The notes: generated from the sequence alone by a model not told the origin. Shown: positions 47,151-58,395, counted from the stretch's first letter. The stretch: DNA of 64,000 nucleotides from Candidatus Nanohaloarchaea archaeon (GCA_014297435.1 JACOQA010000003.1:64001-128000); one strand, 5' to 3'. Program-made: numbers and translations.

Positions 47151-48269
47151 ATGACAGACAACCAGATTTCATGGAAGGAAAGAGCAGAAAAACTGCCTGA
47201 AACTTACGAGGGCAGAGCTGACTCTGAAGATGAGAAAGAAAAACTGAAAGAACGTTACAGGCAGATGCAGTACGAGCCAGGAGAATCCATCGGTATTGTA
47301 GCCGCTGAGTCTCTTGGTGAGCCTGCCACGCAGCTTACTATGGAAACGTACCACGCAGCTGGTGCGGCACAGGTTTCGCTTACCGCAGGACTTCCAAGAC
47401 TCGAGGAAATTGTGGACGCAAGAAGAAATCCAAAGACACCAGCTATGGACGTCTACCTCCATGAAGATTACAACTCTGAGGAGGAAGCCAAGAAAGTTGC
47501 AAGAAAACTGAGAGAAGTTAAGTTCGGCGATCTAATTAAGAAGGATACTCTTGACATCATGCAGCTCAAAGTCGAGTACGAACTAAACAAAGATCTTCTT
47601 GAGGACTATGACGTCGACCTTGAAGACGTAAAGTCTCGGATCAAGGAGAAGGCGAAGAGAGCCAAGATATCCACAGAAGGAGATACGAAGCTTGTACTTG
47701 AATCGAACGAGGACGACTACGACCTCAGAGACCTGAAGGACTTAAAGACAAAGTCCGAAGATGCCCGAATTAAGGGAATCAAGGGTATTGAACAGGTTGT
47801 TGTTAACGAACAGGATGATGAGTGGAGACTTCAGACTGCAGGAACCTCGCTCAGAAAGACCTTGAAGATCAAGGAAGTAGATGAGAACAGAACGATTTCT
47901 AACGATCTTTACGAGGTCAAGTCTGTACTCGGAGTTGAAGCCTTGAGAAAGAGAATTATCTCCGAGATCAACGACACTCTGGACGCCCAGGGTATTGGCG
48001 TGGACGATAGACACATCATGCTTCTTGCAGATATGATGACGAAGGAAGGAGAACTCAACGGAACCACAAGATACGGAATCGTGGGTAACAAGGAGTCAAT
48101 CCTTGCAAGATCTGCGTTCGAGGAGACGAAGAAGCATCTCACAACCGGTTCTCTCAGAGGAGAGAAGGACGATCTCGAGGGAATCAACGAAAACCTAATG
48201 GTAGGACAAGCGGTACCAGCCGGAACCGGTCTAATCGACCTAAAGCCTGGGTTCAGCGATGATGAATAG
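47151..48269 (+). CDS. rpoA2: RNA polymerase subunit Rpo1C (A'')
   Basis: PGESIG.VAA.SLGEPATQLT, GLPRL.EI, RHIMLLADMM, LARSAFEET. Confidence 0.96.
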   Translation: MTDNQISWKERAEKLPETYEGRADSEDEKEKLKERYRQMQYEPGESIGIVAAESLGEPATQLTMETYHAAGAAQVSLTAGLPRLEEIVDARRNPKTPAMDVYLHEDYNSEEEAKKVARKLREVKFGDLIKKDTLDIMQLKVEYELNKDLLEDYDVDLEDVKSRIKEKAKRAKISTEGDTKLVLESNEDDYDLRDLKDLKTKSEDARIKGIKGIEQVVVNEQDDEWRLQTAGTSLRKTLKIKEVDENRTISNDLYEVKSVLGVEALRKRIISEINDTLDAQGIGVDDRHIMLLADMMTKEGELNGTTRYGIVGNKESILARSAFEETKKHLTTGSLRGEKDDLEGINENLMVGQAVPAGTGLIDLKPGFSDDE

Positions 48270-48348
48270 CGCAGAACCAGGTAATGGTTTATAAAAGCTG
48301 GGTCCGTATCTAAACCTACAAACTTCACATATTTCTAGAGGATACGAC

Positions 48349-48768
48349 ATGGCAACAGTAACATACGACACCGAAAACATCCGAGCGATGAGCCTTTTCG
48401 AATCCATTACCGGAGTCGAAGCAAGAGACGTCATCCTGGAGGACGACGATGCATACTTCATCGTACCTGAAGGGAAGGCAGGAATGGCAATCGGCAAAGG
48501 AGGAAAAGTAGTAAAGAAAGTTCAGAACAACCTAGGCAAAAACGTCAAAGTATACGAGTACAGCGACAACCTAGGAAAGTTCCTCAACAACATTGTGCCG
48601 GTCAACCTAAGAGGAGTCGACATCGAAGACGAAGACTCCAAAGAAGTAGAGATCTCCGTTGCAAGGGACAAGAAAGGCAGAGTTGTCGGAAAGAACGGTA
48701 ACAAGATCGACTCGATCCGTGACATCCTGCAGAGGACTCATGGCGTCGACGAAGTTTCAGTAGAGTAA
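48349..48768 (+). CDS. nusA: Archaeal NusA (KH domains)
   Basis: FESITGV...D, AIGKGG, VGKNG; conserved position after rpoA''. Confidence 0.92.
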   Translation: MATVTYDTENIRAMSLFESITGVEARDVILEDDDAYFIVPEGKAGMAIGKGGKVVKKVQNNLGKNVKVYEYSDNLGKFLNNIVPVNLRGVDIEDEDSKEVEISVARDKKGRVVGKNGNKIDSIRDILQRTHGVDEVSVE

Positions 48769-48804
48769 AGACGTAAAAGTACCGGTTCTCCATGTAAACT
48801 CTAC

Positions 48805-49107
48805 ATGGTAGAAACTCAACGCTTCTGTCCTAACTGCGGTTCAACGGACGTAGGACCGGATATGCGGAAGACCAACCTACTGGGAGAAGCCGTATTCAAC
48901 CAGAACAAATGGCTCTGCAACGAATGCGGTTATACAGGTATAATGCCGGAGGGCGATCCTGAAGACGAATCTTCTCAGGAGATGGATTTTGAACCGCCTG
49001 AGGACTACCCGCAACAGGACTTTGATGCCGGAAGAGCCTACTTCAAGTACTTCATCTACATATCTATCCCGGCTCTAATAATCTACTTTCTGTATCTTCA
49101 GCTGTAA
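48805..49107 (+). CDS. Zinc-ribbon protein with C-terminal TM
   Basis: CPNCGS...CNECGY; hydrophobic tail. Confidence 0.7.
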   Translation: MVETQRFCPNCGSTDVGPDMRKTNLLGEAVFNQNKWLCNECGYTGIMPEGDPEDESSQEMDFEPPEDYPQQDFDAGRAYFKYFIYISIPALIIYFLYLQL

Positions 49108-49137
49108 CTTTTATTCGAGCTATTCGAACCAAAAGAT

Positions 49138-50694
49138 ATGCCCGGAAGAATAGAAGAGATGGAGAGATTTGAACATATCCTGAAGGTTCTAGCAGAGGAA
49201 GGCTTCGGATCTGCACTCGACAGGATGGATCTGATGCATCACGTACCTGTCGCAAGAAAGATGTCAACACGACAGAAAAAGCCGGGTCCGGAAAGACTTA
49301 GAGAGACCTTCGAAGAGCTGGGTCCTGCATTCATCAAGTTCGGACAGATAATGTCGGAGAGACCTGACCTGATACCTGAAAAATATACCGAAGAGCTAGA
49401 GAAACTGGAAGACTCCGCCCCCAAAGTAGATTACGAAGAGATAGAAAAAATAGTTGGTGACGAGATCGGACTCGAAAAGTTTGATAGATTTGAGAACGAG
49501 CCTATAGCCTCGGCATCTATAGCTCAAGTACACAAAGCTGTTTTGGATGGGAAGGAAGTTGCTGTTAAAGTTAGGAGACCTGACATACAGGAGCGGATGG
49601 ATGAAGACCTGCGTATAATCAGGTACCTAGCTACGAAAGCCGACAAACAACTTGATATAGGAGGAAACATGTTGAAGAAAGAGGCTGAGGAGTTTGCCAG
49701 ATGGACGAGGGACGAGCTTGATTTCGAGAAAGAAGCAAGAAACCTTGAACGATTCCAGAAAAATCTGGAGGACGAGGAAAAGATATTTGTTCCAGATGTT
49801 TATACAGATATTTCTACACGAAAAGTTCTGGTGATGGAGTATGTTGACGCCTTAAAGTGTGACAATACTGAAGCGATGCAGGATCTGGATGTCGACCAGA
49901 AAGAAATCGCAAGAACCGGACTCCGCTCATTCCTCAAACAGCTTCTGCGGGACGGATTTATTCATGTAGATCCTCATCCCTCCAACTTTATGGTAAAAGA
50001 CACAGGAGAACTTGTCTACCTTGATTTCGGCATGATGGCGGATATATCGCCCTCGATGCAGAAAGATATCGGCATGCTGATGATTCACACCTACAACGAG
50101 GACGTTGATCGATTCATGAATACGATAACAGCTATGTCAACTGTTGAGGAAGATGCCGATCTTGAATCGCTCAGGAAAGAAGTTGAGAGAATGGTCATAG
50201 ACTTGAGAGATGCGAAACTCGAGGAAACAAGTATTTCAACGAGTTTGATGCACATAGCAAAGACAGCCGCCGACAAAGGAGTCTACCTTCCTACAAGGTT
50301 CGTCTTGATAGGCAAAGGACTTGTGACCATGGAAGGCATCGGATTAAAGATATATCCCGATTTCGAGTTCAACGACGAGTATCAGAGGATTGTCGAGGAA
50401 CAATTAGCAGAGAACACAGCGAATCCCTCAGAAATCAGTAAATCGCTAGCGTTCAATTTGGTAGAGAACAAGGATCTAGTAACAGATCTGCCAGGGAAGC
50501 TTAACAGAGCGCTTGAACAGGCAGGAAAACCGGATAGAGTTAAGGTCGAAAGTCAGACCCCGGATCTTGTTGTTCCATCTCTGATTGTTGGTTCTGCTAT
50601 AGTTCTTTCAAGCTCCATGAAGAATCGGATGGCTGTCGGTCTCGGAATTCTAGGTTTAGGATATGCCTCACTCCTCTACATGAAGGAACGTTAG
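49138..50694 (+). CDS. AarF/UbiB/ABC1 atypical kinase-ATPase
   Basis: LGPAFIKFGQ, ASASIAQVH.A, VAVKV.RP, HVDPHPSN, LDFGM; C-terminal TMs. Confidence 0.93.
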   Translation: MPGRIEEMERFEHILKVLAEEGFGSALDRMDLMHHVPVARKMSTRQKKPGPERLRETFEELGPAFIKFGQIMSERPDLIPEKYTEELEKLEDSAPKVDYEEIEKIVGDEIGLEKFDRFENEPIASASIAQVHKAVLDGKEVAVKVRRPDIQERMDEDLRIIRYLATKADKQLDIGGNMLKKEAEEFARWTRDELDFEKEARNLERFQKNLEDEEKIFVPDVYTDISTRKVLVMEYVDALKCDNTEAMQDLDVDQKEIARTGLRSFLKQLLRDGFIHVDPHPSNFMVKDTGELVYLDFGMMADISPSMQKDIGMLMIHTYNEDVDRFMNTITAMSTVEEDADLESLRKEVERMVIDLRDAKLEETSISTSLMHIAKTAADKGVYLPTRFVLIGKGLVTMEGIGLKIYPDFEFNDEYQRIVEEQLAENTANPSEISKSLAFNLVENKDLVTDLPGKLNRALEQAGKPDRVKVESQTPDLVVPSLIVGSAIVLSSSMKNRMAVGLGILGLGYASLLYMKER

Positions 50695-50725
50695 TTTTAT
50701 CCGTAAGAGTGTGTTTCTCAACTAT

Positions 50726-51871
50726 ATGTCGAATCCTTACGGGGAAAGATTCAGGGAAGACGACGAAAAAGAAAGAGAGATTCAAGAGGATGTGGAGGAG
50801 AAAGAGCAGAAACTGAAGTCATACGAGGAAGATATTGAGAGTAAGGAAAAAACCGTGGAGAAAGAAGAGCAGAACCACGAGAACCCTGAGAAAGTTGCAG
50901 AGCAGGAATATCAGATCGACCAGGAGTTGGAATCTGCCGAAGAACTTGCTCAAGAGATACTGAAAGAAATCAAGGAAGAACTCGGTTTAAGTCTTGAGGA
51001 AGAAGAGATACTCGAGAGCGAGGAGGAAGAGCTAAACCAAGAATTGTCGGATGCAGCTGAAAAGCTCTGGGAGCTCGCACAAGAACTCCAAAAAGATCTA
51101 GACACTGACAATAACAGAAGTTTCAACTTCAACTCATTCTCAAACAGACTAGAATCTGCTTTAGAGGAAGTTGAAGATGGTATGCGCAAAAGCCGTGAGA
51201 TAGTCGAGGAGATTGAGGAGCTCGTTTCCGAACTTGAAGAGGTTGAAGCGGAGGAGACCCAGATATGGGAAGAGCTCGAAGAAGAGGAAGTAGAGGTAAA
51301 GCACGCCGAGAAGGAAGTAAAGGTCGAAGCAGAGGAAAGCCGTAGAGCCTCCGATTCCAAAGCTTTCGATGAAGCGAAACAGGAGAACCAGATGGTCTCC
51401 AAGTTAGAAGCAATGCAGGAAGAGAACGAACATTTCAGTATTGAGCTCGAGACTCAGCTTCAGACCGAAATAACTCGGCTAGAAGAGTTAGCTGGAATGA
51501 TGGATGCAGTTATACAGTCAAAGATGGGAAGCCGTCAGAAAGAGAAAGGCATAATGTACGATCTCGATGTCATCCACAAAGAGCTGACAAAGCTTGCGGA
51601 GAGACAGAACAGGCGTATGAAAAGAAAGATCAAGCAGTTGATTGAAAGGGTTGAGGAGGTCTTTCAGGAGCTTCAGAGGATTGAAGGTACGGAAGAGGAA
51701 GAACTGAAGAAGATAGACCGGGAGATAAAGAAAACCGAGTCTCAGAACAGCAAGTTAATGAAGGCCTCAAACGCCGCAAGCAAGGCAGGAAGCGGAATTA
51801 AAGCGGTAGCCAGCATAGCGATAGTTATCGGCATCTCGGTAGTTGTGATTTCTCAACTCGGTATCCTGTAA
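50726..51871 (+). CDS. Long acidic coiled-coil protein with C-terminal membrane anchor
   Basis: E/K/Q-rich heptads throughout; single terminal TM. Confidence 0.7.
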   Translation: MSNPYGERFREDDEKEREIQEDVEEKEQKLKSYEEDIESKEKTVEKEEQNHENPEKVAEQEYQIDQELESAEELAQEILKEIKEELGLSLEEEEILESEEEELNQELSDAAEKLWELAQELQKDLDTDNNRSFNFNSFSNRLESALEEVEDGMRKSREIVEEIEELVSELEEVEAEETQIWEELEEEEVEVKHAEKEVKVEAEESRRASDSKAFDEAKQENQMVSKLEAMQEENEHFSIELETQLQTEITRLEELAGMMDAVIQSKMGSRQKEKGIMYDLDVIHKELTKLAERQNRRMKRKIKQLIERVEEVFQELQRIEGTEEEELKKIDREIKKTESQNSKLMKASNAASKAGSGIKAVASIAIVIGISVVVISQLGIL

Positions 51872-51910
51872 CCGCCCCTGTATAAAAAGGTTAACTTCAA
51901 CTTCTGCCAC

Positions 51911-52333
51911 ATGGGTTTGTACAACGCGCGCAAAGTTAGAAAGAAGCGGCAACAGTACCGCTGGAGCGACATCGACTACAAAAGAAGAATGAACAACCTG
52001 AAGGAGAAGTCCGACCCTTTGGAAGGATCCCCTCAGGGAAGAGGAATCGTACTAGAAAAGAGAGGTATCGAGGCAAAGCAGCCTAACTCCGCTATCCGTA
52101 AATGTGTGCGTGTACAGTTGATCAAAAACGGTAAACAACTAACAGCTTTCGTTCCTGGCGACCAAGCAATCGACCACATCGACGAACACGACGAAGTCCT
52201 GATTGAAGGAATCGGAGGAGCAGACTCCGGACCGAAGGGAGACATCCCAACAGTCAGATACAAAGTAATCAAGGTAAACGGCGTATCACTCGAAGAACTG
52301 GTCGAAGGAAACCAGCAGAAGCCAACACGGTGA
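51911..52333 (+). CDS. rps12: 30S ribosomal protein uS12
   Basis: [29 protein letters not shown]. Confidence 0.97.
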   Translation: MGLYNARKVRKKRQQYRWSDIDYKRRMNNLKEKSDPLEGSPQGRGIVLEKRGIEAKQPNSAIRKCVRVQLIKNGKQLTAFVPGDQAIDHIDEHDEVLIEGIGGADSGPKGDIPTVRYKVIKVNGVSLEELVEGNQQKPTR

Positions 52334-52339
52334 TATAAT

Positions 52340-52966
52340 ATGAGCGACGCAGCAACACTAGACCTAGAAGACGAACTTCTCACCATGGGAAGATGGGATG
52401 CATCCGAAGTAGAGATCGAGGACGACGGACTTGTAAGATACGTCAATCTTGACAACATCCTTGCACCACGTTCTAAAGGAAGACATACAGAGAGACAGTT
52501 CTACAAAGCAGATGTCCCAATCGTGGAACGCCTAATGACACGGCTTCAGGTCGCAGGACACAGAGGAAAGAAACACTACATTACTTCCGGACACAACACC
52601 GGATCCGCAGAATCAATCTGGAACATGATTGAGGAAGCATTCGAGATAATCGAAGACGAGACAGGCGAGAACCCGATCCAGGTACTAGTCAACGGAATCG
52701 AGAACTCTGCACCCGCAGAAGAAGTTGTTACATACCAGAGAGGTGGCGCAAGAGCCAGGAAAGCAGTACTGGTCTCACCTCAGAGAAGAGTTGATCTAGC
52801 TCTGAGACTTCTCGCACAGGGAGCCTACGAGAAAAGACTTGCTGAAGGAAACGACGCAGCAAACGTTCTAGCGAACGAGATTATCCTTGCAGCCAACGGA
52901 GACGACGACGCTCGCTGTGTACGCGAGAAAGAGAGAAGAGAAAGAGAAGCAGAAGGCGCACGTTAA
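52340..52966 (+). CDS. rps7: 30S ribosomal protein uS7
   Basis: PIVERL, NPIQVLV..IENSAP.EE, VSPQRRVDLALR. Confidence 0.96.
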   Translation: MSDAATLDLEDELLTMGRWDASEVEIEDDGLVRYVNLDNILAPRSKGRHTERQFYKADVPIVERLMTRLQVAGHRGKKHYITSGHNTGSAESIWNMIEEAFEIIEDETGENPIQVLVNGIENSAPAEEVVTYQRGGARARKAVLVSPQRRVDLALRLLAQGAYEKRLAEGNDAANVLANEIILAANGDDDARCVREKERREREAEGAR

Positions 52967-53190
52967 AAACCTCTTCTATCTCTCCTCCATTTTCCATGTA
53001 ACTGACTAATTGTTTTTCTCATCTAAATTCAGAATCCCTCGATAGGATAAGGATGAAGATTAGTTGACCTAAATGGGGTCTCTGAGGCAGGAGAAGCAGA
53101 TTTTAGTGAACAGTGGGCTTCCGTCCTAATAATCCTTTTTTAAAACTTGGAACTTGTTTCTCATACATATAACCTGAGGTTATACTAAAA

Positions 53191-55380
53191 ATGTCTGACA
53201 AAGAGCTTGACGCAATTAAAGGCGTGATCGAAGATCCTGAACACATCAGGAACATCGCGATCGCCGCACACATCGACCACGGAAAAACAACACTAACTGA
53301 CAACTTACTGGCCAGAGCTGGCATGATCTCCGACAAGCTAGCCGGGGACCAGCGCTTCATGGACTTCGATGACCAGGAAGCAGAGAGAGGCATCACGATT
53401 TATTCTGCAAACATCTCTATGGTCCACGAGTTTGATAATGAAGACTATCTTGTAAACCTTATTGACACACCAGGCCACGTTGACTTCGGTGGAGACGTTA
53501 CACGTGCTATGCGTGCTGTCGACGGAGTTCTAGTTCTTGTCGACGCTGTCGACGGAGTTATGCCTCAGACAGAGACCGTTATGAAACAGGCACTTCAGGA
53601 GGGCGTCAAGCCGATCCTATTCATCAATAAAGTAGATCGCCTAATCGAAGAGATGCAGTTGACCCCTGAGGAAATGCAGGAAAGATTTACAGAAATTATT
53701 AGAGGAGTTAACGCAGCACTCAGAAAGTACGCAGACGAAGAAACAGCAGAAGAATGGAAGATGAGCGTACAGGATGGAACAGTTGCATTCGGTTCCGCAC
53801 TGATGAACTGGGCTATCTCGATGCCTTACATGCAAGAAACAGGTATCACCTTCTCAGACCTTATTGACAGAGTAAACGAAGGGGACCACGAAGGACTCAA
53901 GGAAGACGCACCTATTGAGGAAGTAGTACTTGACATGGTTGTCAAGCATCTTGTCAACCCTCAGGAGTCTGCGGAATGGAGAATACCTGCTGTATGGCCG
54001 GGAGATGTATCAAGCGCAGTAGGAGACGACATGATGGAACACGACCAGGACGGAAGACTGGTCGGAGTTGTCACGAACGTTGAAGACGACGAACATGCAG
54101 GAACAATCGCAACCGCACGACTCTTCTCCGGAACAGTACACGAAGGAGACGAACTCTACGGACTAGGAAGCCAGAAGACTGAAAGAGCTCAGCAGGTCGG
54201 AATTTACTCCGGTCCAAGAAAGCTTACAGTCGATTCAGTTCCTTGTGGAAACATCGCAGCGATCACCGGACCTGACTTCTCAACGGGAGAAACATTTATC
54301 CTGAAAGGCGATGATGAGATCCAGCCGTTTGAGCAGATCGAACACGTCTTCGAACCTGTCGTCACAAAGTCGATCGAACCAAAGAGAACATCCGACCTTC
54401 CAAAGCTTATTGAAACGCTAAGAAAGCGTGCGAAGGAAGACAACACGATCAAGGTTGACATCGACGAAGAGACAGGAGAGACACTTGTCTCCGGACTCGG
54501 AGAGCTACACATCGAAGCAAAGATTGAAAGACATCTCGAGGAGAAAGGAATCGACATCGACGTCTCTGAACCTATCGTTGTATTCAGAGAAGGTATCGAG
54601 GATGAGAGTGAAGTCGTAACAGGCAAGTCGCCTAACAGACACAACCAGCTTGAAATCTCAGTAGAGCCTATCGACGAAGACGTCAGAAAGTTCCTCAAGG
54701 AAGACTATGAAGAGATAAAGATGCAGGCGGACGACGAGACAGAAGTTCGTGACGCACTTGTCGATGCAGGGCTTGACCAGGACGAGGCAGACAACATCAT
54801 GGACGCTTACGAGGAGAACCTGTTCATCAACTCTTCAAGAGGTATCAAGAACTTGAGAGAGATCCAGGAGTACCTTGTAGATGCATTCCACGAGTTCTGC
54901 GATGAAGGACCTATGGCAGGAGAGCCAGTTATCGGATTGAAGGTCAAGCTTCACGATGCGAAGCTGCACGAGGACGCGATCCACAGAGGTCCATCCCAGA
55001 TGATTCCAGCAACCAAGGATGCGATGACAAGAGGTTTCCTCGAGTCAACACCTAGAGTAATCGAACCTGTTCGAATCCTCAGGATCGACACCCCGACAGA
55101 CGTTATGGGTGACGCTATGACAGAGGTCTCAAACAGAAGAGGAGACGTACAGGACATGGAGGAGGAAGGAGACTCAACCATCCTGACATGTAAGATCCCT
55201 GTCGAGGAGATGTTTGGGTTCGAAGCTGCATTGAAAGGAGCTACGAACGGAAAAGGCTTCTTCAACAACAAGGACATGATCTTTGAACCACTACCAATGA
55301 ACCTCCAGGAAGAAAAGATCATGGAGATCAGAAAGAGAAAGGGAATGAAGGAAGAAATGCCTTCACTCGAAGAGGAGTAA
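53191..55380 (+). CDS. fusA: Elongation factor 2
   Basis: AHIDHGKTT, RGITI, DTPGHVDF, NKVD; diphthamide loop HEDAIHRG. Confidence 0.97.
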   Translation: MSDKELDAIKGVIEDPEHIRNIAIAAHIDHGKTTLTDNLLARAGMISDKLAGDQRFMDFDDQEAERGITIYSANISMVHEFDNEDYLVNLIDTPGHVDFGGDVTRAMRAVDGVLVLVDAVDGVMPQTETVMKQALQEGVKPILFINKVDRLIEEMQLTPEEMQERFTEIIRGVNAALRKYADEETAEEWKMSVQDGTVAFGSALMNWAISMPYMQETGITFSDLIDRVNEGDHEGLKEDAPIEEVVLDMVVKHLVNPQESAEWRIPAVWPGDVSSAVGDDMMEHDQDGRLVGVVTNVEDDEHAGTIATARLFSGTVHEGDELYGLGSQKTERAQQVGIYSGPRKLTVDSVPCGNIAAITGPDFSTGETFILKGDDEIQPFEQIEHVFEPVVTKSIEPKRTSDLPKLIETLRKRAKEDNTIKVDIDEETGETLVSGLGELHIEAKIERHLEEKGIDIDVSEPIVVFREGIEDESEVVTGKSPNRHNQLEISVEPIDEDVRKFLKEDYEEIKMQADDETEVRDALVDAGLDQDEADNIMDAYEENLFINSSRGIKNLREIQEYLVDAFHEFCDEGPMAGEPVIGLKVKLHDAKLHEDAIHRGPSQMIPATKDAMTRGFLESTPRVIEPVRILRIDTPTDVMGDAMTEVSNRRGDVQDMEEEGDSTILTCKIPVEEMFGFEAALKGATNGKGFFNNKDMIFEPLPMNLQEEKIMEIRKRKGMKEEMPSLEEE

Positions 55381-55521
55381 ACTCCCTCCCACATTTTTCT
55401 TTTCCAGATAAATATCTAAGTCTAGCTTTTTGAGCACAATTATCTTCTATTTAGGTCTAGTTAGTCGAACCCACTCGAGAGCAAGCAGGTTTTTATAACC
55501 TTTACATGACAACATAAGAGC

Positions 55522-55857
55522 ATGACGGACGACCACGATTATCTACTTGAGGCCGAAGAAGCCCTGAGAAGAACAGGATACCTCGAAGGAGTCTACCTAC
55601 AGGGACCGGAAGTGACACTAACAGCTGCCAACGTAGAAGAGGCGCTGGAAAAAACCGGAGAACAGGACGAGAACATAGACATTATGTTGAAATGTGACAG
55701 GAACTACAGCGGAGATACAGGCGTCTGGGTATACGAGGACGATGATGGAAACGGTCTTGGAGTGGAGGCGCTACCACCCCTACCCGAGGGAGCTGAGGAA
55801 GTAGACAAGGTCAGAGAAACGCTCGAAGACTGGGGAATAGAAATCGATTACAAGTAA
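55522..55857 (+). CDS. Acidic hypothetical protein
   Basis: 111-aa ORF with TTTATAA box upstream. Confidence 0.65.
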   Translation: MTDDHDYLLEAEEALRRTGYLEGVYLQGPEVTLTAANVEEALEKTGEQDENIDIMLKCDRNYSGDTGVWVYEDDDGNGLGVEALPPLPEGAEEVDKVRETLEDWGIEIDYK

Positions 55858-56024
55858 TCGATCCCAAACCCAAAAAGAGCGAAAAACTAAAATTCCGAGA
55901 TCGACCCGGTTTAGGAGAGCGATCTTGACGAGCATCACCCCTCCGTTTATGGTGTCAAAAAAATATTCCGGGATAGAGCTGAACCATAATATTAGTTTTA
56001 ACAGTCAGAGGACTACTCCCCTAT

Positions 56025-56298
56025 GTGAACTCTTTTCTTGACTACCTGAAACCTGACCGAGGAAAACCTTCTTTTAACACTAGTAATGGGTGCTGTATTT
56101 TTCTCAGTTGCAACTCTTGTCATGGTTTTACTTGAAGTAGTCCTGGTCGGAGAGTTTGTTGATCCGCCGACCGCGGAGACCCCAGAGATGGAGTTCCTAC
56201 TGGTTTTCTCGCCCTTAATAGGCATGCTGGCAGCTTTCTACTTCCAGGTCTGTGTGGCGCTTTACTGGGTTAGAGAGCGTTTTGATGAAGCATATTAG
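56025..56298 (+). pseudogene. Small 2-TM membrane protein, apparently +1 frameshifted near 56064-56068
   Basis: GTG 56025 MNSFLDYLKPDRGK joins LLLTLVMGAVFF... if one base is removed; otherwise a 70-aa ORF from 56086. Confidence 0.45.
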
Positions 56299-56367
56299 AC
56301 CATTCACAAACCCTTTTTAAAGTTTAATCGGGTTAACCGAGTTATACGCTGTAGGTGCAAATCAATA

Positions 56368-57654
56368 ATGGCAGATAAACCACACGTTAACTTAGTATTC
56401 ATCGGACACGTTGACCACGGAAAGTCGACCACAATCGGTAGACTTCTGTGGGACACAGAAAACCTTCCAGAAGAAGAGATGCGAAAGCTCGAAGACGCAG
56501 CTGAAGAAGCTGGCAAAGAAACCTTCGGATTCGCATTCGCTATGGACTCACTTGAAGAGGAGAGAGAAAGAGGAGTTACAATCGACCTCGCTCACAAGGA
56601 GTTCGACTCAGACAACTACTTCTTCACAATCATCGACGCTCCAGGTCACAGAGACTTCATCAAGAACATGATCACAGGAGCCTCTCAGGCCGACGCAGGA
56701 GTTCTAGTTGTTGCGGCTGACGACGGAATCCAGCCACAGACAAAGGAGCACGCATACCTCGCGAAGACTCTTGGAATCGACCAGCTAACAGTAGCTGTCA
56801 ACAAGATGGACCTGGCTGACTACGAAGAAGACGGATTCAACGACATCAAAGGCGATGTCGAGGAGCTGCTTAAGGGCGTAGGATTCGACCCAAGCGACAT
56901 CGACTTCGTACCGATCTCCTCGTTCGAAGGAGAAGGAGTCGCAGAGACTTCCGACGAAATGCCTTGGTACGACGGACCTTCCCTACTTGACTCCCTTGAC
57001 AGCCTAGACGAACCTGAGAAGCCTGAGGACCTACCTCTCAGAGCTCCAATCCAGGACGTCTACAACATCTCCGGAATCGGAGCTGTCACAGTCGGTAGAG
57101 TCGAGACAGGAGAGATCTCACCTGGCGACGACGTAACATTCGAGCCAGCCTCCACAAGACACAACGGAAACGTCGGTGGAGAAGTCAAGACAATCGAGAT
57201 GCACCACGAAGAAGTCGACCACGCAGAAGCAGGAGACAACATCGGATGGAACACAAGAGGCGTAGGTCAAGACAAGGTCAAGAAAGGCGACGTCGCAGGA
57301 CCAAGCGACAACCCTCCAACAGTTGTCGAGACCTTCGAAGCACAGATCATCGTCCTCAACCACCCTAACGTAATCTCCGAAGGATACACACCTGTATTCC
57401 ACGTCAACACGGCACAGGTATCATGCACCTTCGAGGAGATCAAGTCGACGATGAACCCTAAGACAGGAGAGACACTAGAAGAAGACCCAGACTACATCAA
57501 ACAGGGTCAGGCAGCAAAGGTCACAATCAGACCACAGCAGCCTCTCGTCATCGAATCTAACGACGACATCCCACAGATGGCACGTTTCGCCGTCAGAGAC
57601 ATGGGACAGACAGTCGGCGCTGGACAGTGTCTATCCGTAAACGAGAAGGAATAA
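56368..57654 (+). CDS. tuf: Elongation factor 1-alpha
   Basis: [50 protein letters not shown]. Confidence 0.97.
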   Translation: MADKPHVNLVFIGHVDHGKSTTIGRLLWDTENLPEEEMRKLEDAAEEAGKETFGFAFAMDSLEEERERGVTIDLAHKEFDSDNYFFTIIDAPGHRDFIKNMITGASQADAGVLVVAADDGIQPQTKEHAYLAKTLGIDQLTVAVNKMDLADYEEDGFNDIKGDVEELLKGVGFDPSDIDFVPISSFEGEGVAETSDEMPWYDGPSLLDSLDSLDEPEKPEDLPLRAPIQDVYNISGIGAVTVGRVETGEISPGDDVTFEPASTRHNGNVGGEVKTIEMHHEEVDHAEAGDNIGWNTRGVGQDKVKKGDVAGPSDNPPTVVETFEAQIIVLNHPNVISEGYTPVFHVNTAQVSCTFEEIKSTMNPKTGETLEEDPDYIKQGQAAKVTIRPQQPLVIESNDDIPQMARFAVRDMGQTVGAGQCLSVNEKE

Positions 57655-57753
57655 ATTCCCTCCTTCTCATCTCTCTTTTTCAATTTCTATCTATCAGAAA
57701 ACTTGCTTACAAGGTAATCGAAATATATAATATTTCAACTTATTGCTGTAACT

Positions 57754-58014
57754 ATGCCAGGATATACTTCTGTCTTAGCCGGAGCAAGCTTGCTTGGCGC
57801 AGGACTTTTAGCCGTTAGAAGACGTTCTGGAGATGAAGAGTATGAAACTCGGGATCTCGAACCAGCTGAGTTAGGACTCAGTGATTATGAGGACTATCTT
57901 GTTTCTAAAGAAAGAGTGGAAACTCCCGAAGTTTCGGAGGTTATGGACACTCTTGACTCACTTCACACGGAAGAAAGTTACGTGGAACGATTACTGGAGC
58001 CAGAATACGAGTAA
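57754..58014 (+). CDS. Small N-terminally anchored acidic protein
   Basis: Hydrophobic N-terminus then acidic domain. Confidence 0.6.
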   Translation: MPGYTSVLAGASLLGAGLLAVRRRSGDEEYETRDLEPAELGLSDYEDYLVSKERVETPEVSEVMDTLDSLHTEESYVERLLEPEYE

Positions 58015-58086
58015 TAAGTTACGAGAAACCTTTCATCGTCGAGAGCTTAAACACCATTTATAAGATTTAACTCGTGAAGAATTGGT

Positions 58087-58395
58087 ATGAAGAGAGCACG
58101 TGTAAAGCTCAGGAGCACAAGCCAGGACAAGATAGATGAACTGGCGGATGAAATCATAGAGATCGGAGAAGAATACGAGGCAGAAATCTCAGGACCAGTA
58201 CCACTACCAACGCAGACACTGAGAATTCCAACAAGGAAAGCTCCTGACGGAGAAGGTTCCGAAACTATTGAGCGCTACGAGATGCACGTCCACAACAGAC
58301 TTATCGATATTAAGGAGTCTGAGAGAGCGTTGAGACAGGTAATGCGTGTCCACGTTCCTGAAGGCGTCGACATCGAGATCGAGCTTGAAGAGTAG
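58087..58395 (+). CDS. rps10: 30S ribosomal protein uS10
   Basis: SGPVPLPT...IPTRKAPDGEGS....YEMHVH.RLID. Confidence 0.96.
   Translation: MKRARVKLRSTSQDKIDELADEIIEIGEEYEAEISGPVPLPTQTLRIPTRKAPDGEGSETIERYEMHVHNRLIDIKESERALRQVMRVHVPEGVDIEIELEE

Noticed and set aside
53050-53090. Box C/D-like motifs ATGAAGA...CTGA between rps7 and EF-2
   Set aside because: Only 22 nt between the boxes, no C'/D' pair and no identifiable target
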